NCBI GenBank assembly: GCA_964396845.1 | Contig: CAYNGH010000005.1 | Location: 1-52,815 of the forward strand | Direction of reading: 5' to 3' | Length of the DNA: 52,815 bases | From: an uncultured bacterium | GTDB lineage: Bacteria > Vulcanimicrobiota > JAJTBE01 > CAYNGH01 | Shown here: positions 28,927-38,912 of the stretch, piece by piece | Layout of the letters: every line of letters begins with the position of its first letter | How positions within the stretch are numbered: the stretch's first letter is position 1 | The notes under the pieces: model-generated | The model's input: the letters and a program-made list of their open reading frames with translations, nothing else | Database searches by the model: none | What the model was told of the DNA's origin: nothing | Program-made: the position numbers and the translations under genes

Positions 28927-29259
28927 TTATTTCAGGGTAGATATTTCCTCTATGAGCTGTTGCGCCCGTTTGGACATTTCCGAATCGCCTTCCATGCTGA
29001 TAACCTTGCGGTAATCAGCCAGGGCCTGGTCATATTTCTTCAAGTGTTGATAACAACGGCCCCTCTTCATATAAGCCTCGGCAATGTTCGGATCCATTTC
29101 TATGGCCTTGTCGAGATCCTCAAGGGCTTCCTCAAATTGTTTGGCCATATACTTGGCATTTCCCGCATTCAGATAATAATTTGCGTCTTTTTCACACCCT
29201 GCACAAATAATCAGAATCGCCACACAAATAATCATCATCAAGGGAACATATTTTTTCAT
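28927..29259 (-). CDS. TPR lipoprotein
   Basis: MKKYVPLMMIICVAILIICAG-C lipobox and 2-3 TPR motifs. AGGAGG RBS before ATG 29259. Confidence 0.85.
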   Translation of the reverse strand: MKKYVPLMMIICVAILIICAGCEKDANYYLNAGNAKYMAKQFEEALEDLDKAIEMDPNIAEAYMKRGRCYQHLKKYDQALADYRKVISMEGDSEMSKRAQQLIEEISTLK

Positions 29260-29311
29260 GGTAATCCTCCTAATTATATTTATATCATAATACCCTTGCA
29301 TCTGTCAGGGG

Positions 29312-30416
29312 TTACCTGGTGCAATAGATATTGCCCGGAGATCTCCTGATCAGACCTTTTAGTTCAAGGTTGAGAAGCAGGCCGTTAACCTTGGGGGCAG
29401 GCATCATGGATTCGCATATGATTCTTTCTGCCTCCATATTGTTTTCACCGATTATCTGGAGGATCCTCTTCTCCCCATCATCCAGATGCACCACTTCAAT
29501 CTCACATTCAGTATGGGGAAGTTCCAGATGCAACTCCTCAAGAATGTCGTCGGGACAGGTCACAGGCTTGGCGCCGTCGGAAATCAGGCGGTTGCATCCC
29601 TGGGAGTTTATACTGGTAATCTGTCCCGGAACAGCATATACCGCCCGGTTATAATCGGTGGCGAATTTGACAGTGATGAGAGCCCCGCTTTTAGGAGGCG
29701 CTTCCACCACCATCACCCCAAGACTCAAGCCCGCAATAATCCGGTTGCGGGCTGGAAAATGCCATCCCAAAGGGCCTTCTCCCGGTGGATACTCGGAAAG
29801 GACAGCCCCCTGTTCCTCCACCTGCCGGCACAGCTTTTTATTCTCCGGGGGATAGACGGTATCAAGGCCGGTCCCCACCACTGCTATGGTGCGACCTCCG
29901 GCATCCAGAGCAGCCCTGTGAGAAAATGAATCGATTCCCCGGGCCAGTCCGCTGACTATAGTCACGCCGGCTCCTGCCAGGGGGCCGATAATACGGCCTG
30001 TAACCTTGCGTCCATAAGATGTGGGCTTTCGGGTTCCCACCACTGCAATGGCCAGAGAATCCCCAGGCAGAAGATGCCCCCGACCATAAAGGATAATTGG
30101 AGGATCAATCACCTGAGCAAGGTTTTGTGGATAGCCCTCCCTGCCGTAAATCAACATCCAGATGCCCATATCCCGGGTTCGCCCGGCTTCCTTTTCCATC
30201 TCGAGAAAACTGTATTGCATCTGTTAAGGCTAAGGGATTTCTCCGGTGGGAAAGAAGCCTGGCCAGGGATTCCCTTCGGCTGTTGAAAATACCTTGAGGA
30301 TGTCCAAAATGATCCAGCAATATCCGGGCATCCCGGCATGTCATACCCCTGGTTCGCATCAGGGCCATGTAAAGGGCCAATTCGTCGTCGGGAATCTTGT
30401 TAGAATCAGGCTTCAA
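29312..30416 (-). pseudogene. dprA: DNA-processing protein DprA, split by a frameshift near 30206-30223
   Basis: The N-terminal SAM-like part is in ORF 30105..30416. The core (VGTR, VSGLARGID, FPARNRIIAG, SGALIT, VPG, GCN.LI) and winged-helix tail are in ORF 29312..30220, in the +1 frame. Confidence 0.8.
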
Positions 30417-30419
30417 TCG

Positions 30420-31823
30420 TCACTCCAGAAATAATTCTGTCTGCCCCGCCAGCAAAACATCACCGCGGTTCAAGATCCGCCGGGATGAAATCCTGTGCTG
30501 GTTTATCCATGTGCCGTTGGTGCTTCCCAGGTCCTCCACCCACACCTGATCCTTCTGTCGATAAATCCGGGCATGAACACTGCTGAGGGAAGTGTCCCAC
30601 TCCATAATCAGATCCCCTTCTTCCCTGCCGATGGTCAGACTCTCAGGAAGAGGCATTCCCACTTTTCCGTCCCGGGAAACCAGTCGAATATCATCCCGTG
30701 TTTCCCTGTCCGGCTTCTTGTCAGTGCCGTGGCGAGAAACTTCCGATTCCACCGGGACAGAATCGGCAGATAACCTCTTCCCGACTGATTCCCTGCCCAG
30801 GAGGTGTTTTTGTTCCATGTCCCGGATACCCAACCTGGCCATAAGATCCTGATGATCCGGGAAAAGTTTTTTCACCTTGGATTCAAACCCGGCCCCTTCG
30901 GCAACACGCCCCTGTTCCCGGACAACCCTGGCCATCAGACCCTGCAAATCTGCCCAGAGATGAGGATCAATCTCCGGGGACTCCAGAGCTTTTTTTAGAA
31001 TTCCCTCGGCCACTGCGGGATTCCCCCGACGAAGCCATGAAAGAACAAGGATCTGCGCCATAATTATCCCGTCATGACTTACAGGGACAATCTCCTTGAG
31101 CATTTCGATGATTTTTTTGTCATTTTCCTGCTGGTAATAAAAAAGACAAAGAAACATCAGCAACTCCGGCATATCCGGCATCACCGACAGAAACTGCTCC
31201 AGGGTTTCTACCGCCATTTGTGATTGATGGGCATTCTGATAAGACAGCGCCAGCAGGAGATTCAACCCCGGCACATCGGGACAGAACCGGAAAGAAAGGT
31301 TGTCGGATATGCAAAGAGTCATCTGGAAGGAGGGAAAAAACCGGCCCAGTTTCTGACCAAGTCCCTGGGGAAGAAGACGGCATCGGGAAAAGTACTCCCC
31401 TGCCGATTCAAACTTCCCCTGATCCATCTCCAGACACCCCGCCATAAAATAAGCATCGGTGAGCTGAGGTTCCATGGAAATGGCCCGGTGGATTTTTTCC
31501 ATGGCTCCTTGGAAGTCGCCAAAAAACATCGAATAGACCGCTCCTGCCAGAGCCTTATCAGGAGCCTTCCTCACCAGCTTGCTGACAAAACCTCCCGCCA
31601 GACGGCGGGTCCCCACCGGTTCCAAAAACTGAACCCTGGGAACCATCCCTCCAAAGGACGAAACCAGGTGACGTTGATAATAAAGCCCCGTCCGGGCATC
31701 ATTTACCGGCCCGGATCCTTCCTCGTTCTTCATCTGCCGGGAAAGGGATCCAACGCCCCGGGCCGCCATACGTCCCACAACGCTCAGACCATCCTTGAAT
31801 GAATCCACATAATCCCTGCTCAT
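30420..31823 (-). CDS. TPR + C-terminal FHA domain protein
   Basis: TPR helices and FHA motifs IGR, S..HA and DLGSTNGTWIN. GGAGG RBS before ATG 31823. Confidence 0.85.
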   Translation of the reverse strand: MSRDYVDSFKDGLSVVGRMAARGVGSLSRQMKNEEGSGPVNDARTGLYYQRHLVSSFGGMVPRVQFLEPVGTRRLAGGFVSKLVRKAPDKALAGAVYSMFFGDFQGAMEKIHRAISMEPQLTDAYFMAGCLEMDQGKFESAGEYFSRCRLLPQGLGQKLGRFFPSFQMTLCISDNLSFRFCPDVPGLNLLLALSYQNAHQSQMAVETLEQFLSVMPDMPELLMFLCLFYYQQENDKKIIEMLKEIVPVSHDGIIMAQILVLSWLRRGNPAVAEGILKKALESPEIDPHLWADLQGLMARVVREQGRVAEGAGFESKVKKLFPDHQDLMARLGIRDMEQKHLLGRESVGKRLSADSVPVESEVSRHGTDKKPDRETRDDIRLVSRDGKVGMPLPESLTIGREEGDLIMEWDTSLSSVHARIYRQKDQVWVEDLGSTNGTWINQHRISSRRILNRGDVLLAGQTELFLE

Positions 31824-31900
31824 ATGCAAAAACCTCCCCGGGCTGATTTAATGCCGGGCTGGACTGTCAAACCGCAATTCGTATTTCGTCCCATGCCCGA

Positions 31901-33079
31901 CTAAGCTTTCACCCTTGCTTCCGACATAGTTTTCATCCGATGGACCGCTTCATCAATCCTGTCATCGGGTAGGGTCAAAGATATGCGGAAATAACCTTCG
32001 CCATGCTTTCCGAAACCGACTCCCGGAGTCACCAGCACTCCGGTTCGATTCAGAAGATCCCCGGCAAACTCCATGGAGGGCATTCCCCCGGGAGTGGGCG
32101 CCCAGATATAAAAGGTGGCCGGAGATTTTTCCGCAGAAATTCCCAGGGAATCAAGCCCCAGAATCATCCGATCCATCCTGCTGCGATAAACCTGTCGCAT
32201 ATCCCGGACAAACTCATCCCCCTGATTCAGGGCAACAGCAGATGCCTCCTGAATCGCAGTGAAGGTCCCCGAATCGATATTCTTCTTTATTGTCCCCAGA
32301 GCATTTATTACATGGCGATTCCCCACCAGGGCACCGGTACGCCAGCCGGTCATGTTATAGGGTTTTGACAGAGAGAAAAACTCCACCGCCACATCCTTTG
32401 CTCCCTCCAGGGAGAGTATCGACGGAGGAGGAGAGTTTTCGTCATAATAAATCTCTGAGTATGCATTGTCAGAACAGATAATGATGTCATATTTACGGGC
32501 AAAGGCCACCGCATCCCGGTAAAAATCCAAATCAGCTGTGGCTGCGGTGGGGTTGTTGGGGTAATTCAGGAACATCATTTTTGCCTGCCGGGCAACATCA
32601 TCAGGTATTCTGGAAAAATCAGGCAGAAAGCCATTCCTGGCCAGGAGGGGCATAAAATGGACTTGGGCTCCGGCAAAGAGAGCTCCAGTGAAATATACAG
32701 GGTACCCGGGATCCGGCGACAGCAGAATATCCCCCGGGTCCAGAACCGAAAGAGAAATATGGGCAATCCCCTCTTTTGAACCCAGAAGGGCCAGAACCTC
32801 AGAATCCGCCTCCAGAGCGACAGAAAAACGGCGCCGGTAAAAACCCGCCACAGCCTCCTTGAACAGGGAGATCCCGTCATAGGGAGGATAACAGTGATGT
32901 TGAGGCTTATTGACTGCTTCCTTCATAGCCTCTACCACAAGGGGAGCGCTGGGAGAATCGGGATCCCCCACGCCCAGGCTTATCACATCAACTCCCTGTT
33001 TTATTTTCTCCCCTTTCATCCGGTCAAGCTCTGCAAAAAGGTAAGGGGGGATCATATCAAGTCGTTTGGAAAATTTCAT
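31901..33079 (-). CDS. dapL: LL-diaminopimelate aminotransferase-like class I/II aminotransferase
   Basis: PPYLFA, LGVGDPD, GSKEG, NYPNNPT, DNAY and SLSKPYNMTGWR. GGAGG RBS before ATG 33079. Confidence 0.8.
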   Translation of the reverse strand: MKFSKRLDMIPPYLFAELDRMKGEKIKQGVDVISLGVGDPDSPSAPLVVEAMKEAVNKPQHHCYPPYDGISLFKEAVAGFYRRRFSVALEADSEVLALLGSKEGIAHISLSVLDPGDILLSPDPGYPVYFTGALFAGAQVHFMPLLARNGFLPDFSRIPDDVARQAKMMFLNYPNNPTAATADLDFYRDAVAFARKYDIIICSDNAYSEIYYDENSPPPSILSLEGAKDVAVEFFSLSKPYNMTGWRTGALVGNRHVINALGTIKKNIDSGTFTAIQEASAVALNQGDEFVRDMRQVYRSRMDRMILGLDSLGISAEKSPATFYIWAPTPGGMPSMEFAGDLLNRTGVLVTPGVGFGKHGEGYFRISLTLPDDRIDEAVHRMKTMSEARVKA

Positions 33080-33164
33080 CAAGGAACCTCCACAGTTAAA
33101 ATGAATCAGGGGACACCGCATTTTCAGCGGGACAGGCTTAATCACAGGCCCCCTTGCGGATAGC

Positions 33165-33746
33165 CTACCAGCGGATGATATGGAAATGGTCAAACCATAT
33201 GGTGTTTTCCCTCTGGGGAGTCAAATCCACAAAGGCAACCCACTTGTGAAAATCGTTGGGGGGGATTTTCCCTTTGATGTTCATATGCATCTTGATGTCG
33301 TCAAAGCTGATCCTGTGCTGTTCCCATTCGGTCCCTACTCGAAAGGTCTTGTACATAAGCTCATCATTGGATTCTCGTTTTATCTGGATAGCATAGGTGG
33401 TAGGTTTCTCTGCTTTCATATAAAACGAAACCGTTGACAAGCTTTCCATCACGATGTTATCACAATAAAAGCCGGGTTTTCCCTTGGATGGCTCAGGGTA
33501 TGAATACTTCAGAGAACCCCATCCCACCGCCTTTTCTTCGTAATCGATCTCCATAGTCCCGTTGCCCTCGATTAACGGCTGCCAGCCGATATGGGCAAGG
33601 TCAAACTTGACGGTCTGTTCCATTGCACTGATGCTGATGGGGAAAGCCCCTCCCATAAGGGCGATTATCAGGGCGATTGTCCCGATAATTACCAGGAAAA
33701 TAAATATTGAATTCACTATTGATCTGAATTTTTCCACAAATCCCAC
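33165..33746 (-). CDS. Membrane-anchored carbohydrate-binding-like (CBM11/CIA30-like) protein
   Basis: N-terminal TM, then a beta-sandwich pattern SFYMK..., W..HRISF.D, TIWFDHF. Confidence 0.55.
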   Translation of the reverse strand: MGFVEKFRSIVNSIFIFLVIIGTIALIIALMGGAFPISISAMEQTVKFDLAHIGWQPLIEGNGTMEIDYEEKAVGWGSLKYSYPEPSKGKPGFYCDNIVMESLSTVSFYMKAEKPTTYAIQIKRESNDELMYKTFRVGTEWEQHRISFDDIKMHMNIKGKIPPNDFHKWVAFVDLTPQRENTIWFDHFHIIRW

Positions 33747-33880
33747 CTCTTGTCCTGATAGATTTTATCCTTATGTATAATTATGATATGATGCAGGAAA
33801 ATCCTTCTGACTCCGCCGATGAAGGGTTTTAAGCGACATTCAAAGAACACATCTTAACAGCTGTAAGGCAGGAGGACCAA

Positions 33881-35413
33881 TTGAACAAAAACTTTTTCGC
33901 CACCACGCCGATTTATTACCCCGACGGTTTACCCGGCATCCAGACTGCATATTCCGCTGTCCTTGCCGACTGCATGTCCAGATATCACCGTCTTCTCAGG
34001 GAAAATGTCCTGATGCTCACCGGAACCGATGAACATGGAGTCAACATCCAGAAAGCCGCAGAAGCCCACCACAGGATCCCCCAGGATTTTGTTGACCAGA
34101 CATCAGAAAACTTCCGCCTGACATTTCGAAAGCTCCGTATCCGGGAAGACAGCTTTGTCCGCACCAGCAGTGAAGAACATATCCGGGTGGTGGAAGATGT
34201 CTTCCGGACCCTGGAAAAGTCAGATCATCTCTACAAGGGCCAATACAAGGGAAACTACTGTATAAGCTGTGAGAGCTTCTGGCCTGACAGCCTGATTTCC
34301 CGGGGACGTTGTCCCAAGCCCCGATGCATGGGACAGGTGGAAAAAGTCCGGGAAGAAGGTTATTTTTTCCGACTGTCAGACTTCACAGATCCCCTGCGGG
34401 AACAAATCCGGAACAATCCCGAATTTGTCTGGCCGGATCGCCACAGAAACACACTCCTGGAAACCATAGGCGATGGGATAAAGGATCTTTGTATAACCCG
34501 GCGAGGGCTGATATGGGGAATCCCTGTTCCCGACGACCCGGAATTCACCATATATGTATGGTTTGATGCCCTGCTGGGATACCTAACTGGCGCCGGATAC
34601 GGCAACGATGATTTTACACATCTCTGGCCCCCGACAGTTCAGGTAATCCGGGAAGACATCCTGACATTCCACGGAATAATCTGGCCCGCCATCTGCATGG
34701 CTCTGAGAATTCCCACACCCCGGAAACTTCTGGTCCATGGAAACATCCTGATTAACGGCAAATACTGTCCCTCCCACCAGCGAGGCCCGCTAAACCTGTC
34801 GGAGATACTGGACATATACGGTGCTGATGCCCTGCGGTATTTTTTCCTTCGCCAGAGTCCCACCGGCAACGATCTGGATGTCAATCTCCCATCCCTGGAA
34901 AAAAGGCTCAAACGGGATCTGGCCAATGACCTGGGGAACCTCTTCCAGAGATCCATCAGTATGATAGAAAAGTATTACAATTGCCATGTGCCGGACCCTT
35001 CCCGGCATTCTGCCCCCGAGAGAAACCTTGAACGAATTTTTCGCCAGGTAAAAAACGAATATAAGAAATCCATGGATTCCATGAAAATCCGGGAAGCCCT
35101 CATCAGCCTCTGGGACCTGGTGGACGGCCTGAACCGCTACATTCAGAACAACCAGCCCTGGAAAGAAGAAAATCCAAGCCGTCTGGCTACTGTCATATAC
35201 AATGTTGCCGACTACTTGAGGATCATATCCCTGATGCTCCGGCCCACATTGCCGGGAACCGCAAAAAAAATGTGGCGGGCCCTGGGTTTTTCATCGGACA
35301 TGGATACCCTCTGGTTTGACTCGGTAAGCCCCGGGCGATTCCCCAAGGGTCAGAAGGTTCACCCCATAAAACCTCTTTTTCCGAAAGTTGAAATCAGCGA
35401 GAATCATGATTGA
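33881..35413 (+). CDS. Methionyl-tRNA synthetase homolog with degenerate HIGH and KMSKS motifs
   Basis: TTPIYY, TGTDEHG, Zn knuckle (CISC/CPKPRC), YVWFDAL, DALRYF, LANDLGNL.R and NRYI..QPW are present. HIGH reads GIQT and the KMSKS region reads GKYCPSH. Confidence 0.9.
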   Translation: MNKNFFATTPIYYPDGLPGIQTAYSAVLADCMSRYHRLLRENVLMLTGTDEHGVNIQKAAEAHHRIPQDFVDQTSENFRLTFRKLRIREDSFVRTSSEEHIRVVEDVFRTLEKSDHLYKGQYKGNYCISCESFWPDSLISRGRCPKPRCMGQVEKVREEGYFFRLSDFTDPLREQIRNNPEFVWPDRHRNTLLETIGDGIKDLCITRRGLIWGIPVPDDPEFTIYVWFDALLGYLTGAGYGNDDFTHLWPPTVQVIREDILTFHGIIWPAICMALRIPTPRKLLVHGNILINGKYCPSHQRGPLNLSEILDIYGADALRYFFLRQSPTGNDLDVNLPSLEKRLKRDLANDLGNLFQRSISMIEKYYNCHVPDPSRHSAPERNLERIFRQVKNEYKKSMDSMKIREALISLWDLVDGLNRYIQNNQPWKEENPSRLATVIYNVADYLRIISLMLRPTLPGTAKKMWRALGFSSDMDTLWFDSVSPGRFPKGQKVHPIKPLFPKVEISENHD

Positions 35414-36206
35414 ATATATTGACACCCATGCCCATCTGGACCCTAAAAGCTGTCCCGATGCCGGAGCTGCCATCGAGGAAGCCCGCCGGGCAGGGGTTCG
35501 ATGGATCGTGGTGCCGGGGATTGATCCGGAAACCTCACGACAGGGAGCACAACTGGCAGAAAAGCATCCCGGGGTCTGTTTTGCACCGGGAATCCATTGC
35601 CACGAGGCATCCCGTTTCTCAGAAGATGACCTCCCTGAGATAAGCTCACTTCTTTGCCATCCCAAGGCCGTTGCCCTGGGGGAAGTGGGCCTTGACTATC
35701 ACTATGATTTCACTCCGCCACCGGTGCAGAGGGAACTCCTCAATGCCCAGATGGATCTTGCCAGAAAAACAGGCAAGCCATTGATTCTTCATTGCCGGAA
35801 GGCAGAAGAGGATCTCTGGCGAATGATTAAATCATACCAGGGGAAACTCCGGGGAGTGGTTCATTGTTACACTGGAACCCCTTACTGGGCAACAAAGTTC
35901 GTGGAGGAAGGATTCCACATCGGCTTTACCGGGATTATCACCTTCAGGAAAGCTGGAGAAATCCGGGAAGCACTGAAGGCAGTGCCCCAGGATCGCATTC
36001 TCACGGAAACCGACTCGCCCTATATGACGCCGGTCCCCCACCGGGGAAAGAAAAACAGCCCGGCTCTGCTTCCTCTGATAGCGGAAGAAGCCGCACGGAT
36101 CAAGAGAAGCACCATCCAAAAGATGGCACCGGTTTTTTTAAGGAATGCTTCTGAATGTTTCAATCTTGATTTGAAAGAAGATATTTTGAAGAATACCGAC
36201 AGTTGA
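35406..36206 (+). CDS. tatD: TatD family deoxyribonuclease
   Basis: IDTHAH, GEVGLDY, LHCR, HCY and ETDSPY. Overlaps the metG-like stop. Confidence 0.93.
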   Translation: MIEYIDTHAHLDPKSCPDAGAAIEEARRAGVRWIVVPGIDPETSRQGAQLAEKHPGVCFAPGIHCHEASRFSEDDLPEISSLLCHPKAVALGEVGLDYHYDFTPPPVQRELLNAQMDLARKTGKPLILHCRKAEEDLWRMIKSYQGKLRGVVHCYTGTPYWATKFVEEGFHIGFTGIITFRKAGEIREALKAVPQDRILTETDSPYMTPVPHRGKKNSPALLPLIAEEAARIKRSTIQKMAPVFLRNASECFNLDLKEDILKNTDS

Positions 36207-36251
36207 ACGATACCATAATTCCGGAATAGAGCCGAAAAAGATTCCGCAGGA

Positions 36252-36821
36252 GTGATTATTTTGAAAATAAACTACATACTCTCAATATGTCTTGTCATTA
36301 CAGGCTTGCTGATGATGCCCGGCATCGCCTTTTGCGATGATCCCGCCCATGAAAAAAGCGATGAAAAACCTCTTTCTCTTATGGGAGAAGTGGCCGAAGA
36401 CATGCTTCTTGAACCGGGAGTGGGTCTGGGCAGAGCAAAATTCGGGGATACCATACAACAGGTGGAGGAGATAATGGGCCGGGGCGAACTGACACCTCAG
36501 CCCACAGGTTTTGACGGAGTTCAGACCATTCAACTGGATTACCCCCAGAAGGGAGTCCTGTTTCAGTTCAACAACAGCCGTCTTACAATAATTACCGTGA
36601 ACAGTCCGGGATATGCCACCAAAGACGGAATCCAGGTGGGAGTTGATGTGGGAGAAGTAATAAGATTCCTCGGCACAAATTATCAGATGAAAAGATCCCT
36701 TCTGGATCATTCCCCCACCGAGGAGGAATCATACGAACTTTTCTATGAGCTGGTATCAGTGAAGGTGCGGGGAAGACTTGTGGAAGAAATCCGCATCAGG
36801 ACAAAGAAAACCTTTAAATAA
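36252..36821 (+). CDS. Hypothetical exported protein
   Basis: Signal peptide and two similar G(V/I)xxG..(D)..xV...G modules. AGGAG RBS. Confidence 0.7.
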   Translation: MIILKINYILSICLVITGLLMMPGIAFCDDPAHEKSDEKPLSLMGEVAEDMLLEPGVGLGRAKFGDTIQQVEEIMGRGELTPQPTGFDGVQTIQLDYPQKGVLFQFNNSRLTIITVNSPGYATKDGIQVGVDVGEVIRFLGTNYQMKRSLLDHSPTEEESYELFYELVSVKVRGRLVEEIRIRTKKTFK

Positions 36822-36865
36822 ACACCTGGGAATCTACACAAACAGATACAGGGGGAGTTTTTAAT

Positions 36866-38905
36866 ATGCCGGAAATACTAATCGGAGCGGAAATACTCAA
36901 CAACATAGACACGGCACTGCAAAAGGAATATATCACCACAAACGGAATGGGGGGATACGCTTCATCAACCCTGGCGGGATGCAACACCCGACGGTATCAT
37001 GGACTTCTGGTCTGCTCCTGTCCCGGCGGTGACCGGACGGTATTCCTGTCAAAGCTGGAAGAGTCCATCACCCTGAATCAGAAGCAGTATTACCTTTCCA
37101 CCAACAAGTACACCGAGAATTACACCCACCCCAGGGGTTTCATTCATCTGCGAAAATACCAGCAGGCACCCTTCCCCCGGTTTATTTTCAGCATAAAGGA
37201 TCTTGTCATCGAAAAAGAAATTTTCATGCCATACGGGATTGACGCAGTGGTAATCCGTTATAAAATTTTTGGCGGAGGCAGTGATAAATTCACCTTCAAC
37301 ATAAATCCCCTGCTGTCTTTCAAAGATTTCCACTATCTCCAGAAGGAAAACCCATCTTTTGACACCACATGCACTTATGACAATGAAACCCTCACACTGA
37401 AGCCTTACCCCGACAAGCCTCCCCTGTCGATACAGGCGCCGGGAATGCATTTCCGGGATGTTGGTAACTGGTATAAGAATTTCTACTATGAAGCAGAAAG
37501 GGATCGGGGCCTTGATTTCATAGGAGATCTATATAACCCAGGCTATTTTTACTCTGATCAGGTGAATCATTTTGAACTGGATCTTGTCGCCTGCACCCAA
37601 AAAACAGTTTCCATGGATGCGAAGGAAGAATACCGCAAAGCCATAAACCGCACAGAACAACTTATCGATACCGCCCAGGCCGACCCCGGGGACTTTCAGG
37701 AAAAATCCCTGATACTGGCTTCCGACATGCATTGTGTGTCCAGCATAAATTCCCACGGCACAAGGAATAACACCATTGTGGCAGGATACCACTGGTTCGG
37801 CGACTGGGGAAGGGACACCTTCATCAGCCTTCCGGGGCTGACCCTTTGCACCCGCAGGTTTGAAGAAGCCCGTAATATCTTCCGGAACTTTGCAGAAAAA
37901 GAAATTGACGGAATCATCCCCAACCGGTTTGGGGACATGGGCACAGAACCGGCCTATAATACCGTGGATGCTTCTCTGTGGTTCATCAATTCTGTCTATC
38001 ACTACCTTGAAGCCACCGGCGACAGTAACTTCGTGAAAGATTGCCTGGGAAAAACCCTTGTTTCCATCATTGACCATTACCGTCGAGGGACCCGCTACGG
38101 CATTGAGATGGACGAAGACGGGCTGATAACTGCCGGGATGGAAGGGATGCAGCTTACATGGATGGATGCCCGGGTTGACAACTGGGTGGTGACTCCCCGC
38201 ATTGGCAAGGCCGTTGAGATAAACGCTCTTTGGTATAATGCTCTTTGTATAATGGCCGGCATTGCAGAAAACACGGACACCGGCAAAACCCCGGCAGAAT
38301 ACCGGGACCTGGCGGACAGAGCTAAAAAATCCTTCAATGAAAAGTTCTGGTCACCAAGAGAAGGCTATCTTTATGATTACATCAGCAGTGAAAGCCCTGA
38401 TAAATCCCTGCGTCCAAACCAGCTCTTCGCCATCAGCCTGCCCCACCCGGTCCTTGATGAAAGCAGATGGATGCCGGTGGTAACTGAAGTATTCAATCAT
38501 CTGTATATACCAACAGGAATCCGCAGTCTGGATCCCCGCAACCCCCTTTACCGGGGTTTTTACTCGGGAAGCCCCCGGGATCGGGACAGCGCATATCATA
38601 TGGGAGTGGCTTGGGGCTGGCTTCTGGGGCCTTTCATCGAGGCATATCTCAAGGCTCTTGGTTACTCTGATGTAGCCCTTGAGAGAGCCTGCACAATGAT
38701 GGATCTGTGGGCCGGGGATCTTTTAAACGGCGGGCTGAACACCATGTCGGAAATATATGACGGCGATGAACCTTATTCTGGCCGGGGATGCATATCTCAG
38801 GCTTGGTCTGTGGCTGAAGCCCTGAGAATCAAAAAGCTCATTAAAACTCTATTGAAAGACAACACCTGTTCCAACAGGAAACCTCATCATATCAAGGCCA
38901 GTTAA
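36866..38905 (+). CDS. Amylo-alpha-1,6-glucosidase / glycogen debranching enzyme (archaeal-type)
   Basis: TNGMGGYAS, TRRYHGLL, AGYHWFGDWGRDTFISL, TWMDA, EINALWY, RPNQ and QAWSVAE. Confidence 0.93.
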   Translation: MPEILIGAEILNNIDTALQKEYITTNGMGGYASSTLAGCNTRRYHGLLVCSCPGGDRTVFLSKLEESITLNQKQYYLSTNKYTENYTHPRGFIHLRKYQQAPFPRFIFSIKDLVIEKEIFMPYGIDAVVIRYKIFGGGSDKFTFNINPLLSFKDFHYLQKENPSFDTTCTYDNETLTLKPYPDKPPLSIQAPGMHFRDVGNWYKNFYYEAERDRGLDFIGDLYNPGYFYSDQVNHFELDLVACTQKTVSMDAKEEYRKAINRTEQLIDTAQADPGDFQEKSLILASDMHCVSSINSHGTRNNTIVAGYHWFGDWGRDTFISLPGLTLCTRRFEEARNIFRNFAEKEIDGIIPNRFGDMGTEPAYNTVDASLWFINSVYHYLEATGDSNFVKDCLGKTLVSIIDHYRRGTRYGIEMDEDGLITAGMEGMQLTWMDARVDNWVVTPRIGKAVEINALWYNALCIMAGIAENTDTGKTPAEYRDLADRAKKSFNEKFWSPREGYLYDYISSESPDKSLRPNQLFAISLPHPVLDESRWMPVVTEVFNHLYIPTGIRSLDPRNPLYRGFYSGSPRDRDSAYHMGVAWGWLLGPFIEAYLKALGYSDVALERACTMMDLWAGDLLNGGLNTMSEIYDGDEPYSGRGCISQAWSVAEALRIKKLIKTLLKDNTCSNRKPHHIKAS

Positions 38906-38912
38906 ATCAGCC

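Noticed and set aside
33080-33164. Possible lysine riboswitch upstream of the dapL-like gene
   Set aside because: Only about 85 nt, too short, and no recognisable conserved elements.
33747-33880. Possible T-box or SAM riboswitch before the metG-like gene
   Set aside because: A short divergent intergenic region with no T-box consensus or terminator/antiterminator visible.
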